Positions 1-10,434 of a stretch of 64,000 nucleotides of DNA are shown here, in pieces. A model generated the notes under the pieces. The model saw only the letters and a list, made by a program, of their open reading frames with translations, had not been told where the DNA came from and ran no database searches. Both the position numbers and the translations under genes were made by a program. Position 1 is the first letter of the stretch, and every line of letters begins with the position of its first letter. The DNA is from Candidatus Hydrogenedentota bacterium (GTDB lineage: Bacteria > Hydrogenedentota > Hydrogenedentia > Hydrogenedentales > SLHB01). The stretch covers positions 608,001-672,000 of the forward strand of contig CAXXTH010000010.1 of assembly GCA_963668025.2 (NCBI GenBank), in the 5' to 3' direction.

Positions 1-1044
1 TTCGATCTCGGAACCGAACTGGCCTACGCGGCGGATATCGTCCAGTAGGGCTTCCGGCGCTATCAGCGTAGTCGAAATATGGCCGATCGAGACGCCTCTG
101 TCTTCAGGCGGCAATTCAAACAGGAGCAATGCTTTACGCGTGTAGCGCCGGATACACATGGCGTTATCCAACAAGATGACGCTTATATCGGTGGCGCGCA
201 AAAGATTGTTGATATCATTGGCTTGGCGTATAAGTTCGACGTGCTTTTGATCCACGAGGGCATTGATGGCGATGAGCTCTTCATTGCTCGATATTAGCTC
301 TTCATTCGCGGCCTGCAATTCCTCGTTGCTGACCTGCAATTCCTCATTCGCGGTCAATAATTCTAGGCTTTTCGCTTCCTGCTCTTCCTTGGCCGCTCGT
401 AATTCCAGATGAGTGCGTTCGAGTTCATTCTCGAGAGTGGCGGCGCGCGCGGCGGCATGGAAATACGTGCATAATGCAGCAGGCATCGATCCGGGCGGCA
501 TGGTGAAATCGATAAAATCATGAGCATCGCCACAGGCAGGCTTGAACGCATATGGTGCGTTTTTCCCGTCCGGGGCAAGGACCAGGCCGCCCGCTTCATG
601 AATGGCTTTGACACCTGCCCGTCCGCCATCGGTCAATAAAATAGCGGCGGCCTGTTCCCGCTGCTCCAATGCTAAGAAGTGTAAAAACACATCGAGAGCT
701 GTCGTATCATCCAGCGAATCGGAGCCGTCATGCTTGAACAAGCCATTTTCAATGCGAAGAAACTGGTCCACGGGGCATAGATAGAGAAGCCCCGCCTCTA
801 GCGGCATAGCCTCCCTCGCGAAACAAATCTGCTTCTTCCAGTGGCGTTTGATAAGCGCCAGCAATGGATCGAGTTCATTCGCAAACCCTTTGGGGATAAT
901 CACATACGCTAGAGCACCATGCGCGGGGAGGGCGGAAAGAAATTCTTCCAGCGCGCCTAGTCCTTCCATGGAAACTCCAATCCCAGCGATTCCAAGAGGC
1001 CGATGAAAAGCTAGGATAGGAGTAGTGCATCTCTCTTGTTGCAT
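1..1044 (-). CDS. CheB-like (degenerate methylesterase) domain + coiled coil + PAS-like protein, partial (runs off left edge)
   Basis: Manual translation, not in ORF track: MQQERCTT...GIAGIGVSMEGLGALEEFLSAL...GVKAIHEAGGLVL...ELLTANEELQVSNEELQAANEELISSNEEL...DINNLLRATDISVILLDNAMCIRRYT, motifs typical of CheB/CheR-fusion sensor proteins. Confidence 0.75.
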   Translation of the reverse strand, partial: MQQERCTTPILAFHRPLGIAGIGVSMEGLGALEEFLSALPAHGALAYVIIPKGFANELDPLLALIKRHWKKQICFAREAMPLEAGLLYLCPVDQFLRIENGLFKHDGSDSLDDTTALDVFLHFLALEQREQAAAILLTDGGRAGVKAIHEAGGLVLAPDGKNAPYAFKPACGDAHDFIDFTMPPGSMPAALCTYFHAAARAATLENELERTHLELRAAKEEQEAKSLELLTANEELQVSNEELQAANEELISSNEELIAINALVDQKHVELIRQANDINNLLRATDISVILLDNAMCIRRYTRKALLLFELPPEDRGVSIGHISTTLIAPEALLDDIRRVGQFGSEIE

Positions 1045-1325
1045 AGGAACGCTGAACCCTCTGCGTACATCTTCCTTAAGATGGAAAGCGCACCGTCAAT
1101 CAGACCACCAATTACCGGACAGTCATTTACGCTAATGTCTATTCATGCGTGGTGTCTTGTTTTTCAGGGCTCAATAGAAAACTGTTCGATCACACTCGAT
1201 TGTACTAAAAAAACAGGGATAGGGCAAGGGTAAAAGCAAGATGGCTCAGGGCTTTACGCGGGCATAAACATGCATATAATAGGTTTGCGCATTTTCAAGC
1301 GGCTGTTCAAGCTGCTTTCGGGGAA

Positions 1326-2000
1326 CTAATCCCGATGCGCCGTCGCGTAATGGGCTGTGGTTAAAGGATATGATTTAACAGATCCCATACGGGGTATTGG
1401 ATTATAGATGTAGCAAACCTGGCCGATAATCGAGGAGATGGAAGGACACAACACATCATCCGGCTCGACTCGGCTAGGCGGCGGGTCCGTGACAGAACGG
1501 TTCATCGAACGGTGCCGCAAACGCCATCCCCAAGACAAGCTGTCCTCACTCTCGTTGCGGTTGTCTCCGAGGACCATCACGCAGCCTTCCGGAACAGGAT
1601 ACGGCTGCAATATGGCGTTCATGGGCTCGCGGATATACGGTTCCGAGGCATATGCGCCATTAATGAACAAAGCGCCCCCATCGATATATACCGTCTGGCC
1701 AGGCAACGCGACGATACGCTTAACCACATGGGAGCCTGGCTCTTCGGGATCAGTGAGCACCACGATGTCGCCGGGTTGATATTCTTTCTGCGACAGTGTA
1801 ACAAGATAATCATTGGGCAGCAGCGTGGGCTCCATCGAGTGGGAGGGAACGAGGAAGAACCGGGCCTCTCGAACGCCAAACAGATAGGCGGCGCTGAGAA
1901 AAACGGCCAGCGCCAGTATGATGGAAGCAATCCATCGCCGACGAGACACAAGCCTGCGTCCCATGAAATCTCTCATGTGTCGTGTTCCTTGCCTATCCAC
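1326..2000 (-). CDS. lepB: Signal peptidase I (S26)
   Basis: N-terminal TM, VPSHSMEPTL (Ser), VKRIVALPG (Lys), LGDNRNESEDS. Confidence 0.92.
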   Translation of the reverse strand: MDRQGTRHMRDFMGRRLVSRRRWIASIILALAVFLSAAYLFGVREARFFLVPSHSMEPTLLPNDYLVTLSQKEYQPGDIVVLTDPEEPGSHVVKRIVALPGQTVYIDGGALFINGAYASEPYIREPMNAILQPYPVPEGCVMVLGDNRNESEDSLSWGWRLRHRSMNRSVTDPPPSRVEPDDVLCPSISSIIGQVCYIYNPIPRMGSVKSYPLTTAHYATAHRD

Positions 2001-2119
2001 GGAACCGCCACCGTTGGATACCCCACCCCACGGCGTAGCGCTTAGCCTCTCTGGCCTTTAGCTTTTACCGTCAAAAACATAACGTTCATGTACTTCATGC
2101 GTAACAATCGCAACCCGGC

Positions 2120-3025
2120 CTATTCATCCCGGAATTCCACTCCGGCGGGGACTAGCGGCTCCAAATGGGCGGGATCATATGCGATTCCGCCGCCTAACGG
2201 ATGCGCTTGGCTGTATGCCGCCCAATCCGCTTTTTTTTGGAGTTCACCCGCCGCGGGCCATATAGTCCGCAATGCCCCCGTGCATGCATTGCAGACCCGC
2301 AAGTCCGGCGCATCAAACACGGCGATGAGCACGGGCGCAAGCTCGACAGCGCCCAAAACGGCGGTCGAATTCGCCGCGGCCGCCTGCACTTCCGGTTGAT
2401 GATCAATCAAGCCTCGCGCGAGTAAATCCGTACTGCTTTTATCCCCAAGGCGCCCGATGAGTTCCATGGCCTTGGCCCGGGAAGCGGCGTCCGGGTCCGT
2501 GGCATGCCGGCGCACGAGGTTTTTTGCACGGGTGGGATCGATCTGGGCGGCAAGTTCAAGGACGCCAGGCACATATCGAGGCAGCAGGGCGGCAGAACAC
2601 CATTCAAAATAGCGGATCAGGTCCGCTTCTTGCGCCAGTTGCATGAATTTCTCCGTGGCGCGCGAGCGCACGGCGGAATCGCTCGATATCAGCTCCGCCA
2701 GCAGGGCCGTGACTTGGGCGCGCTGCTGGCCATTTAGCCCGGTTTCGCTTAATAGCTGGGCTTCCCGGGCTTCCGCTTCCGCACGCACCTTGTCTCGATC
2801 AATCACGCCAGTGAGCTCATTCTGCTCGATGCGAGCCACTTCTGATGCTTGTACGGCGACGGTTCGGTTGCCGATATTAATCTTGACCGCTTTGTCCGTT
2901 TGGCTGGACACCTTGCCTTCGATGCACACGCCTGATGTCAAGTAAATCGTATCGGCGTGCGCCGCCGCATACAAGCACAAGCCCGCCGCGAAGAACAACT
3001 TCCCCATAGAGCGCATGTCCGGCAT
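2120..3025 (-). CDS. Secreted HEAT-repeat protein
   Basis: Signal peptide, ADTIYLTSG..IEGKV small N-domain, HEAT-like repeats (D..VR..A...L). Confidence 0.7.
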   Translation of the reverse strand: MPDMRSMGKLFFAAGLCLYAAAHADTIYLTSGVCIEGKVSSQTDKAVKINIGNRTVAVQASEVARIEQNELTGVIDRDKVRAEAEAREAQLLSETGLNGQQRAQVTALLAELISSDSAVRSRATEKFMQLAQEADLIRYFEWCSAALLPRYVPGVLELAAQIDPTRAKNLVRRHATDPDAASRAKAMELIGRLGDKSSTDLLARGLIDHQPEVQAAAANSTAVLGAVELAPVLIAVFDAPDLRVCNACTGALRTIWPAAGELQKKADWAAYSQAHPLGGGIAYDPAHLEPLVPAGVEFRDE

Positions 3026-3040
3026 GATTTTCTTTCTCCC

Positions 3041-5383
3041 TTATGTTGCTGGAGCATACACCAACCGCCGGAACGCCACTTGCGTGGTGTCTTCCAGAGC
3101 CCAGAAAGCGCGCACCCGGCGATCGTACAGCAGTTGGAAACTCTTGCAGCCCGAGCTGTCCGGCCCGGCGACCAATACGCCGATGTCTGGACAAATGATC
3201 GCGCCGCGAACAAGCATCTTGCCATCCGTGTAAGAACCATGCCGCGTCCGGCTGCGCGTGATTGCGAAAATAGCGTTGTTGCTATACAACAGCCCGTCGA
3301 ACGAGAATGGCCTGCCGGATGATGGGCGTGTCTGTTCGTCGTTCCACCAGATCTGCCGGAGCGTCGTCTCACTGATCCAATTGCCAGAAGGATTCATATA
3401 GTGATACGCGGCCCGGTTTAAGATATCCAGGGAATAGCCTTTATACGTGAGATAATTGGTCAACGTACGTACGCCGGTGCCCGTCTCATCATACCGGACG
3501 GCGTGCTCATCTGGCGGCTTTTCATACGTGAAAAGATTGTTGGGCTGGGTGTCACGAAGGCCATAGAATCGAGGAGTATACGTCGAATCCTCCGCAGCCT
3601 TCTCCGCTTCTTTTATATTGAATAGCATCAATTCCGATTGGGTGAAGCTGAATTGCTGCCCCGTTCGGGTGACGGTGTTGCCGCTTGCATCCAGCATGGT
3701 GGACACGATGCCATTGGCGTCAATCACGCCTGGGTCGAAATAACCATATTTCAAGGTTTGCGTAACCGAATTCGTGGTGACGGACGTAGACTTGGTGCTC
3801 GTCCGGGTGAGGATGCTATACGACGTACTCGGGTATTTCGAGGTGTCCGCAGTGTGGTTTTTGCCCCGGATGGTGAGATAATCGCCCATCAGGATGCTGC
3901 CGCCGCTCACGATGGCAAGGGCGTTTTCGGTGCCATCCGTAGCGACGCCAAAACTGCCCGCTGCGTCCGCGTAGGTTACATCACCGGTGATATAGGTATT
4001 GCCGCGCACTAGCAACTGGCCATACCCTTTGACTTTTCCCGAAATGACCAGGTCGCCGTCCACCACTACCTTCCCGTCGATCAGGATCGGATTGGTTGTG
4101 GTGCCCACCAATATCAGATTGCCTTCATATGTTCCGTCGGATAGATCCGCGAGGGCCCCATTAGAAGAAGTAGGCAGGGCCGTGCCTGTGTAATAATCGC
4201 CTTCGGCCACGCCGACGGCGACACCGCCCGCGATGCTTCCATCCGCGACCCGGGAAATCTGTTCGAACTCGTCATCCTGGACATAGCGGTCTTCATTGTC
4301 ATCAGGAAACGGAGCGGGAAAATCTTCCGGCACGGTGCCATCCGTCATAAGCTTCGAGTCCGTCGGGTAGTTCTTATATAGATTTGCAAATTGTGTGAGC
4401 ATGCCATCCGAATCCGTGGTGGCGTTTTTCAAAGCCGTGGCGGTCATGGCGCCCGTGCTGCTCTGCGTGACCTTGCCGTTGGAGTTGCTGAACTGGTAAC
4501 TGCGCAATTGGGTGCAGCTTGCCAGAGTCGAGGCGCTTAACTCTGTTCCGGCTTCATTGGTCACGGCGCCACGGGTGTAAATAGTGCCCGCTATCTTGGA
4601 ATCCGCCGAACCGGTTCGGAACATGAGGGATTCGAGGGTGGCGACTTTGATGCGGTCAAAGGTGCCATACTTAGTGGTATCCGTGTTGAGCTCGAGGCTC
4701 AACGGGCGCATTTCGGCATGGCAAAGGATGCAGTTAATGTTATTCGCCAGCACCGCGAATTCAAATCCGGAGAACGGCGTTCCCGAGACGCGGATGGTCT
4801 GGTCCATCGAGCGCGTCACGACGGCGTCTGGATCACGCCTGGATGGGCTGGGGGCTTGGGCCGTGCTTCGGATCGTAATCACCATGCCTGTGGCGTCATC
4901 GGTTCGGGTAATGGTGACATCCGAAATCGAGGCGGGTGTTTGGCCATTGGGATTATTGCTGCCCAATGCAAGTGGGAAAGTTACACCGGCTCCCGCTAAA
5001 TTTTGCAGCGATATGGGTTCGCTAATATCGAAACTGTCGTCGCCATTCAGATCTGCTTCATCCGAATCTCTGGAGCCGTTTCCATTCAAATCTTCATTAT
5101 TCGGCACCAGATTATTGATGAACACCCGGTATGACGCCAGGTTGCCCGTGGTGTTTCCATTGCCGATCACATATTGGTTCCAGAGGCGCTCGATGGCGAG
5201 ATCCGCGCCCGCCTTGCACGCCTCATCAAGCAGTGTACTCTGCACGGCTTTATTGGTCATCAAGGCAGTGGATTGCACCTTGATGGTAACGACGGTGACG
5301 GCGCCCAATATGGCCAGGATCGCCAGCAAGACAAAAATGAGGGCCATGCCCTCTTGGCGTCGAGCAATGAAGCGGTTATTCAT
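3041..5383 (-). CDS. PilX-like large minor pilin / pilus assembly protein
   Basis: Prepilin-like leader RRQEG|MALIFVLLAIL, A.AGAD.A motif, C-terminal F...YD.R motif; downstream of two prepilins. Confidence 0.72.
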   Translation of the reverse strand: MNNRFIARRQEGMALIFVLLAILAILGAVTVVTIKVQSTALMTNKAVQSTLLDEACKAGADLAIERLWNQYVIGNGNTTGNLASYRVFINNLVPNNEDLNGNGSRDSDEADLNGDDSFDISEPISLQNLAGAGVTFPLALGSNNPNGQTPASISDVTITRTDDATGMVITIRSTAQAPSPSRRDPDAVVTRSMDQTIRVSGTPFSGFEFAVLANNINCILCHAEMRPLSLELNTDTTKYGTFDRIKVATLESLMFRTGSADSKIAGTIYTRGAVTNEAGTELSASTLASCTQLRSYQFSNSNGKVTQSSTGAMTATALKNATTDSDGMLTQFANLYKNYPTDSKLMTDGTVPEDFPAPFPDDNEDRYVQDDEFEQISRVADGSIAGGVAVGVAEGDYYTGTALPTSSNGALADLSDGTYEGNLILVGTTTNPILIDGKVVVDGDLVISGKVKGYGQLLVRGNTYITGDVTYADAAGSFGVATDGTENALAIVSGGSILMGDYLTIRGKNHTADTSKYPSTSYSILTRTSTKSTSVTTNSVTQTLKYGYFDPGVIDANGIVSTMLDASGNTVTRTGQQFSFTQSELMLFNIKEAEKAAEDSTYTPRFYGLRDTQPNNLFTYEKPPDEHAVRYDETGTGVRTLTNYLTYKGYSLDILNRAAYHYMNPSGNWISETTLRQIWWNDEQTRPSSGRPFSFDGLLYSNNAIFAITRSRTRHGSYTDGKMLVRGAIICPDIGVLVAGPDSSGCKSFQLLYDRRVRAFWALEDTTQVAFRRLVYAPAT

Positions 5384-5407
5384 GGCGTGCCCCTCCTCAG
5401 TCGGCGA

Positions 5408-6037
5408 TCAATTCATAATGTAGAACTGCCTGGATAACGTGCCGGTCACTAAGCTGATGCGGCGCGGGTCGATCTGTTTGGATGCGCTGAGCGCCACCGT
5501 TAACATGTTCCCGTCCGCATTCAAAATAAACTCTACGTTGCTGAGTTCATTCGCGGAGCCCAGCGGGATAGCTTCTCCCGGTTCGCTCGTATTTCCATTG
5601 CTATTTCGGTCTTGAATTCTCATGAGCCGCCGGGTCAGCAGGCCATCTCCGTCTAGGTCCTCGCCTTCATCGAGAATTCCATTGCTATTCGCATCTTCAT
5701 TCACAAAACGCAGGCGGATAGGCGTGCTCCACTGGGCGCCTTGGTTGTCGAGGGGCGTTTGAAACACGAGTTCTACTGGGCTGCCTGCCACGGGGTTTTC
5801 CACAACCGCGATCGCATCGAGATCGAGCATTTCATTTGCTGTTTTAGACGCCATAGGGATATCCATCGCGATAAGCGTCATGGTGTCGCGTAGATTTTGC
5901 TGCACGATATCTTCCGCCGAAGCCACGGCCGCGGACTCGGCCGAAGTCATTACCGCCACAAAAGCCAGCAAACCCACAATGGAGAGCAGGCTCATCGAGA
6001 ACAGCAGTTCGATCAAGGTAAATCCCTGGAAACGCAC
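5408..6037 (-). CDS. Prepilin-type N-terminal cleavage protein (PilW-like)
   Basis: GFTLIELL class III signal; DxNxNG repeats. Confidence 0.8.
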   Translation of the reverse strand: MRFQGFTLIELLFSMSLLSIVGLLAFVAVMTSAESAAVASAEDIVQQNLRDTMTLIAMDIPMASKTANEMLDLDAIAVVENPVAGSPVELVFQTPLDNQGAQWSTPIRLRFVNEDANSNGILDEGEDLDGDGLLTRRLMRIQDRNSNGNTSEPGEAIPLGSANELSNVEFILNADGNMLTVALSASKQIDPRRISLVTGTLSRQFYIMN

Positions 6038-6048
6038 GGTATAACCTC

Positions 6049-6522
6049 CTACTGATCCGTCAATAACGTGGTCATGCGGAGCGATATGGGGCGGTTGCGC
6101 GCATCACGCCAAGTCGCGATAACGCCGACCTCAAGAGGATTCGCCCCCGTATTGGTGTACCGAACGAGGATCTGCTCCTGGCGCAACTGTGTTTGCTGTT
6201 GCACAGGCAGCGATGCTTCCCATGCGAGCAAGCCATCTAAATCGACGCTTGACCCATCCGGCCAAGTATCCAAGATCACATCAGGAAAATCACCAGCGGC
6301 AGATTCGCGCACTTGGCGCATCTGGTTCAATACGATGGAGCAATGCTGCGTGGCAGTCATGCGTTCCCGTTGGACGGCCATCGCGCCGTAATACGTGATC
6401 AGGGCTTGCGCCACCGCCCCAAGCACGACAACAAAAATAGTAAAGGCCATCATGAGTTCGAGAAGCGAAAAACCTGTCCGGCCTTTCCGTGGTCGTTTCG
6501 CCTCGTTTTTGCACATGCTCAT
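6049..6522 (-). CDS. Prepilin-type N-terminal cleavage protein (PilV-like)
   Basis: GFSLLELM class III signal; start moved to MSMCKNEAK after an AAGGA RBS. Confidence 0.8.
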   Translation of the reverse strand: MSMCKNEAKRPRKGRTGFSLLELMMAFTIFVVVLGAVAQALITYYGAMAVQRERMTATQHCSIVLNQMRQVRESAAGDFPDVILDTWPDGSSVDLDGLLAWEASLPVQQQTQLRQEQILVRYTNTGANPLEVGVIATWRDARNRPISLRMTTLLTDQ

Positions 6523-6672
6523 AAATGGATGTCCTTGTGCTGGCGCATCGTAGGCGCCCCCCTTGCGGCAGCCACTCGCCCAACAAATATCAAGCAAGTT
6601 TTATACCATTTATAGAAAACCTGCTGCTCTTTTGCAACCTTAACAGCATCGGCTCCTATAATAAGCATATTC

Positions 6673-9618
6673 TCACCGCCGTTCCATCCGCATACAAAGG
6701 CGCATTTCCCGTATGGTGTAAAGAGAAGCGCAGGCAAGGAGCAAGGCTGTAACGGGCCAGCATAACGGCAGCGCCGGAATGCTGGATGCATCATGAGGAT
6801 CAGAGCCCGCTCGCATTTCCTCACCATCCGGTATGCCATCTCCGTCTGAATCTACATCTAGGTAATTCGGCAAACCATCCAGATCAATATCACATGCCTC
6901 GGTATCTTCCAGTCCGCCGCATGATTCATCCGCATCGCTCACGTCATCGCCATCAGAATCAAGATCTAGCCAATTGGGAGCGCCGTCTTGGTCTATATCG
7001 TCTCGTTCGGAATCGCCGGAGTGCTCGACGGAGTCGGGAATTTCGTCATCATCACTGTCAGGATCTTGCCAGTTTGGCAGATTATCGTTGTCAAAATCGC
7101 CATCGCCCTCTTCCGTATCGGAGATGCCATCGCCATCATAATCGCCGTTCGGATCGATGAGGGCGATATCGTCGATATTCCAGCCTTGGAAGGATAGACC
7201 AATATCGGAGGGCCCCATGGTCCAACGCAAATAGACTGTGGCCTGGTTGGCGGCGATGGCGGAGATATCGTAGGTGCATTCGGTCCAAGCGCTATCAATC
7301 AGGGTGTCGTCCGTATGCTCCCACACCGTGGTCCAGGAAGAACCGTTGGTGCTGGCTTCTATTGCCGCGTGATCATATTCCGCGCCTTCGATGCCCAGCC
7401 AGCGCCAGAAATGCAGTATGACGGTGTCGTGTCCCTGGCAGTCGATGGACGTGGAAGTAAGACGCCGGGGCGGCATGTTATCTGGGTAATTGCCTTCGAG
7501 GTTATACCCATATACCCGCAGCCCTGTATGGCCAAAGCTAGGATCCAACCCGCCAGTGCCTTTTCCCAGCGGACGCCCGTAGGCCCAATCGCCTTGAGCC
7601 GTCCAGCCGGGATCCGTGTCCAAAGAGAACCAGGCAAAGGAGCCCACGGGCTGTTCCGAGGAAATGCCCGCTAAAACGGAACGTTGCTGGGATATTTGGG
7701 AGGTTGCATTCATGAACTCGATGGCTTCCTCATACCCGCCAGGTGTTAGGCTGTAAAAGGACTCCGCCAGACTTATCGTAACAGGCTCGCTTGCGCCTGC
7801 GGCGAGGCTCCCGCCGGTGGAAGAGGTTTGCAGCCAATCGGGAAGGCTCGCAAGAGACCATTCAATCGGCGAATCGCCGGTGTTTGTAAGCGTATATACA
7901 ATGTGATCCGGGGCGAAATCGCCATTGGCCACGCCTTCAATGATAAACGAGCCGGCTGGATCAATAAGCAGCGTGTCAAGGTTAAGGGCAGTAAAATAGG
8001 CTTCGCCCGTTGCGCCGGGAGACACGGCAACCGCCGGATCGTTGGATACGGAGGAGTCATATGCGCCATCTCCGTCCAGGTCCGTATACAGTTCCGCGCT
8101 GGTGATTTCGCCAGCCGAGGCGGCTTCATTTGAGACCGACAATTGAACGAAGAAAGTGGCTTCATGAAAATCTGGCACATAGGGCAGGCCGTCCGTCAAA
8201 TCCACCGCCACTCGTTTCTCGTCGGTAATAGGCAGGTCTGTTCCGCCGTCGCGTTCCAGCACGGGCTTTGCGTTCCAGCCGGAGCTTGAATCGGTTCCCG
8301 CACCGCCTTTGACGGTTACATACCCGCGTTCGGCATGATTTACGCCCATCACGGCATAGATTTTGGGAGCGTATTGGCTGAGATCGTCACAATAAATGAT
8401 GGTGTCGAAGCATTCATCGTAATTCTTGAGGTATTCATATCCCAGCCACATGAAGCCTTTTGATGTGCCCGCCGTGTTATATACGCCCCAGCCGGAACTC
8501 CATGAGTTGGCGACGAGCACCGCGCCATACCGGGTGGCGGTTCCGTCAAAATAGGATATGTTGTCATCATACCCCACGATGGTTAAAACATGGCCGCCTT
8601 CATTGTTACCACTATTAGCGAAAAGCACGCCATTATTGATGCCTGTCGTGTCCGAGGGATAAAAATCATAAAAATTCGTGTATACAATGGTGTCCGTCAC
8701 TGCGATGTTGCCATTGGCCAGATGTTGTTTCAAGGCAGCCAGGCGGTCATCATCAAGGGCTTCATAATACGTAATCGCGTGCATCCCGCCCGTACGCCAC
8801 TTCAAGGCTTCGACCCACGCCTGTTCCGTAGGCCATGTGGTGGCGTCTTGGTCGCTGTAAGGCATGCGCGCCAGGCTGGCGCAACCGGTTTGGGCGAGGC
8901 GCGCCATGATATCGACGGGCCAGCTTCCTTCATCCACCCCATTATTAACCAGATGATACATAAAAGCGGGGCTCGAAATGTGGTCATCCGTAGCCGCGGA
9001 CACATTGTCATCCATGGCTTGAATGTACGTATGGTAATAATAACAAGTTCCCCATGCAGCGCAGGAGCCTTGGTTGGCTTGATTGCCAATGGGCGGGAAA
9101 TATATGGAGAGCGAATTGTCGGCCTGCGAGGGGAGGTCTTTCGTCCCCTCGAGCAGGGCGCGCTGGCGGCTTAACTTATTCGGTTCGACTTGCGCCACCG
9201 GTTCGAGCTGGCGCATTGCCGCAGTTTTCTCTTCCGCCGTGGGCTGGCGAAGGCCCATTGCGAAGGGGCCTGCTGGCGCTTCAACCGCTGCCGGGAGCGC
9301 TACGGACTCGATAGCCGATACGCCTGGCAGTCCTGCTTGAAGAGCAGCTTTTCCCTGGGGCACGCGGACAAGCAAGCGGCCCTCGGGCTCGAGGGCGAGG
9401 CAGCGGCCGCCACGGGCTTCTATGGCGCTCTTCAGCGCCGCTAAATCACTATCTGGAGCCAGCGAAAGCCAGTAACTAGTTGATGATGAAGCAGATGCCG
9501 ATTCCGCCGAGGATATGCCCGGAACCGTGAGGCAAATAGCCCACACCATACTGAACAAGAAAAAACACATGATGCTTTGCTTCCGCCTGCATGCCATAAT
9601 AAATCCTCCAGTCACCAC
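6673..9618 (-). CDS. Secreted C1 (papain-like) cysteine peptidase with Ig/BACON-like, jelly-roll and TSP3-like repeats and C-terminal anchor
   Basis: QANQGSCAAW (Cys), GGHVLTIVGYDD (His), ANSW (Asn); DSDGDG repeats; terminal TM + basic tail. Confidence 0.85.
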   Translation of the reverse strand: MVTGGFIMACRRKQSIMCFFLFSMVWAICLTVPGISSAESASASSSTSYWLSLAPDSDLAALKSAIEARGGRCLALEPEGRLLVRVPQGKAALQAGLPGVSAIESVALPAAVEAPAGPFAMGLRQPTAEEKTAAMRQLEPVAQVEPNKLSRQRALLEGTKDLPSQADNSLSIYFPPIGNQANQGSCAAWGTCYYYHTYIQAMDDNVSAATDDHISSPAFMYHLVNNGVDEGSWPVDIMARLAQTGCASLARMPYSDQDATTWPTEQAWVEALKWRTGGMHAITYYEALDDDRLAALKQHLANGNIAVTDTIVYTNFYDFYPSDTTGINNGVLFANSGNNEGGHVLTIVGYDDNISYFDGTATRYGAVLVANSWSSGWGVYNTAGTSKGFMWLGYEYLKNYDECFDTIIYCDDLSQYAPKIYAVMGVNHAERGYVTVKGGAGTDSSSGWNAKPVLERDGGTDLPITDEKRVAVDLTDGLPYVPDFHEATFFVQLSVSNEAASAGEITSAELYTDLDGDGAYDSSVSNDPAVAVSPGATGEAYFTALNLDTLLIDPAGSFIIEGVANGDFAPDHIVYTLTNTGDSPIEWSLASLPDWLQTSSTGGSLAAGASEPVTISLAESFYSLTPGGYEEAIEFMNATSQISQQRSVLAGISSEQPVGSFAWFSLDTDPGWTAQGDWAYGRPLGKGTGGLDPSFGHTGLRVYGYNLEGNYPDNMPPRRLTSTSIDCQGHDTVILHFWRWLGIEGAEYDHAAIEASTNGSSWTTVWEHTDDTLIDSAWTECTYDISAIAANQATVYLRWTMGPSDIGLSFQGWNIDDIALIDPNGDYDGDGISDTEEGDGDFDNDNLPNWQDPDSDDDEIPDSVEHSGDSERDDIDQDGAPNWLDLDSDGDDVSDADESCGGLEDTEACDIDLDGLPNYLDVDSDGDGIPDGEEMRAGSDPHDASSIPALPLCWPVTALLLACASLYTIREMRLCMRMERR

Positions 9619-9714
9619 ACACCTTCTTCACAACGACGCTATTATACATTAGCAGTCACATTATGTTTAATTGTACCACCTTATTGCGGAATTTGCCGGG
9701 TAATCCATATTTGC

Positions 9715-10434
9715 TCAGGCGGAGCGGACCAGCCGAGGCAATGCATCTATAAAGTGACGCCAGTCCATGAAGGTGTAACACGCCTGTGTAGCCCCTACGG
9801 AACGGGCATTCTCTCCCGCGAACAATACCGGGACGCCGCCCAGCGTATGGATGCCCAGGATGTCAGTCTCCTCGAGATCGCCGATGTGCATCAGCTCCGA
9901 TGGCGCTGCATCGAGGCCTTGAGCGGCCTTGTCGAACATGCTCCGGTGTGGTTTCGCATGGCCCACCTCGTCCGAAAAAGCGAGGACGCTCAAGTAATCG
10001 AGGAAGCCATTCCGTTCAAGTAGAACACGTAAGGAACGGCCTGGGCTGATGCCGGTATCGGATATGAGCCCCACCGGGCCATATGCGGCGGCCGCCCGCA
10101 CGGCTTCAAGGGCCCCCTCAATGGGTTCCGGCGAATGCTGGACGATGGCCGTGGCGAAAACCTTGGCAAGTTCATGCTGGATTTTATCGGGCAAATCCAT
10201 CTCCAGGCGCGCCAGGGCCATGCGAACGCCATCCAGGGGCGTTAGCGTTTGCTGATGGGCGATATGGTGCTGGTAGAACAACGGGGCAAGCGATTCAATC
10301 GCGTTTCGGGCTTCCTGTTCGGTGCAACCTGCCGCGGCCTTTAGGGCATCGATGCGAATCTGCTGCCTCGGAATGTTATTGGTGTCACGGAACAGTGTCA
10401 TCCAGAAATCAAAGGTGATCGCGCGAATAGCCAT
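9715..10434 (-). CDS. HAD-superfamily hydrolase
   Basis: ITFDFWMTL, LISDT, AKP, HIGD..ETDI motifs; AAGGAG RBS before MAIRAIT. Confidence 0.9.
   Translation of the reverse strand: MAIRAITFDFWMTLFRDTNNIPRQQIRIDALKAAAGCTEQEARNAIESLAPLFYQHHIAHQQTLTPLDGVRMALARLEMDLPDKIQHELAKVFATAIVQHSPEPIEGALEAVRAAAAYGPVGLISDTGISPGRSLRVLLERNGFLDYLSVLAFSDEVGHAKPHRSMFDKAAQGLDAAPSELMHIGDLEETDILGIHTLGGVPVLFAGENARSVGATQACYTFMDWRHFIDALPRLVRSA

Noticed and set aside
285-360. 21-bp periodic repeats
   Set aside because: Encode the NEELQ heptads of a coiled coil
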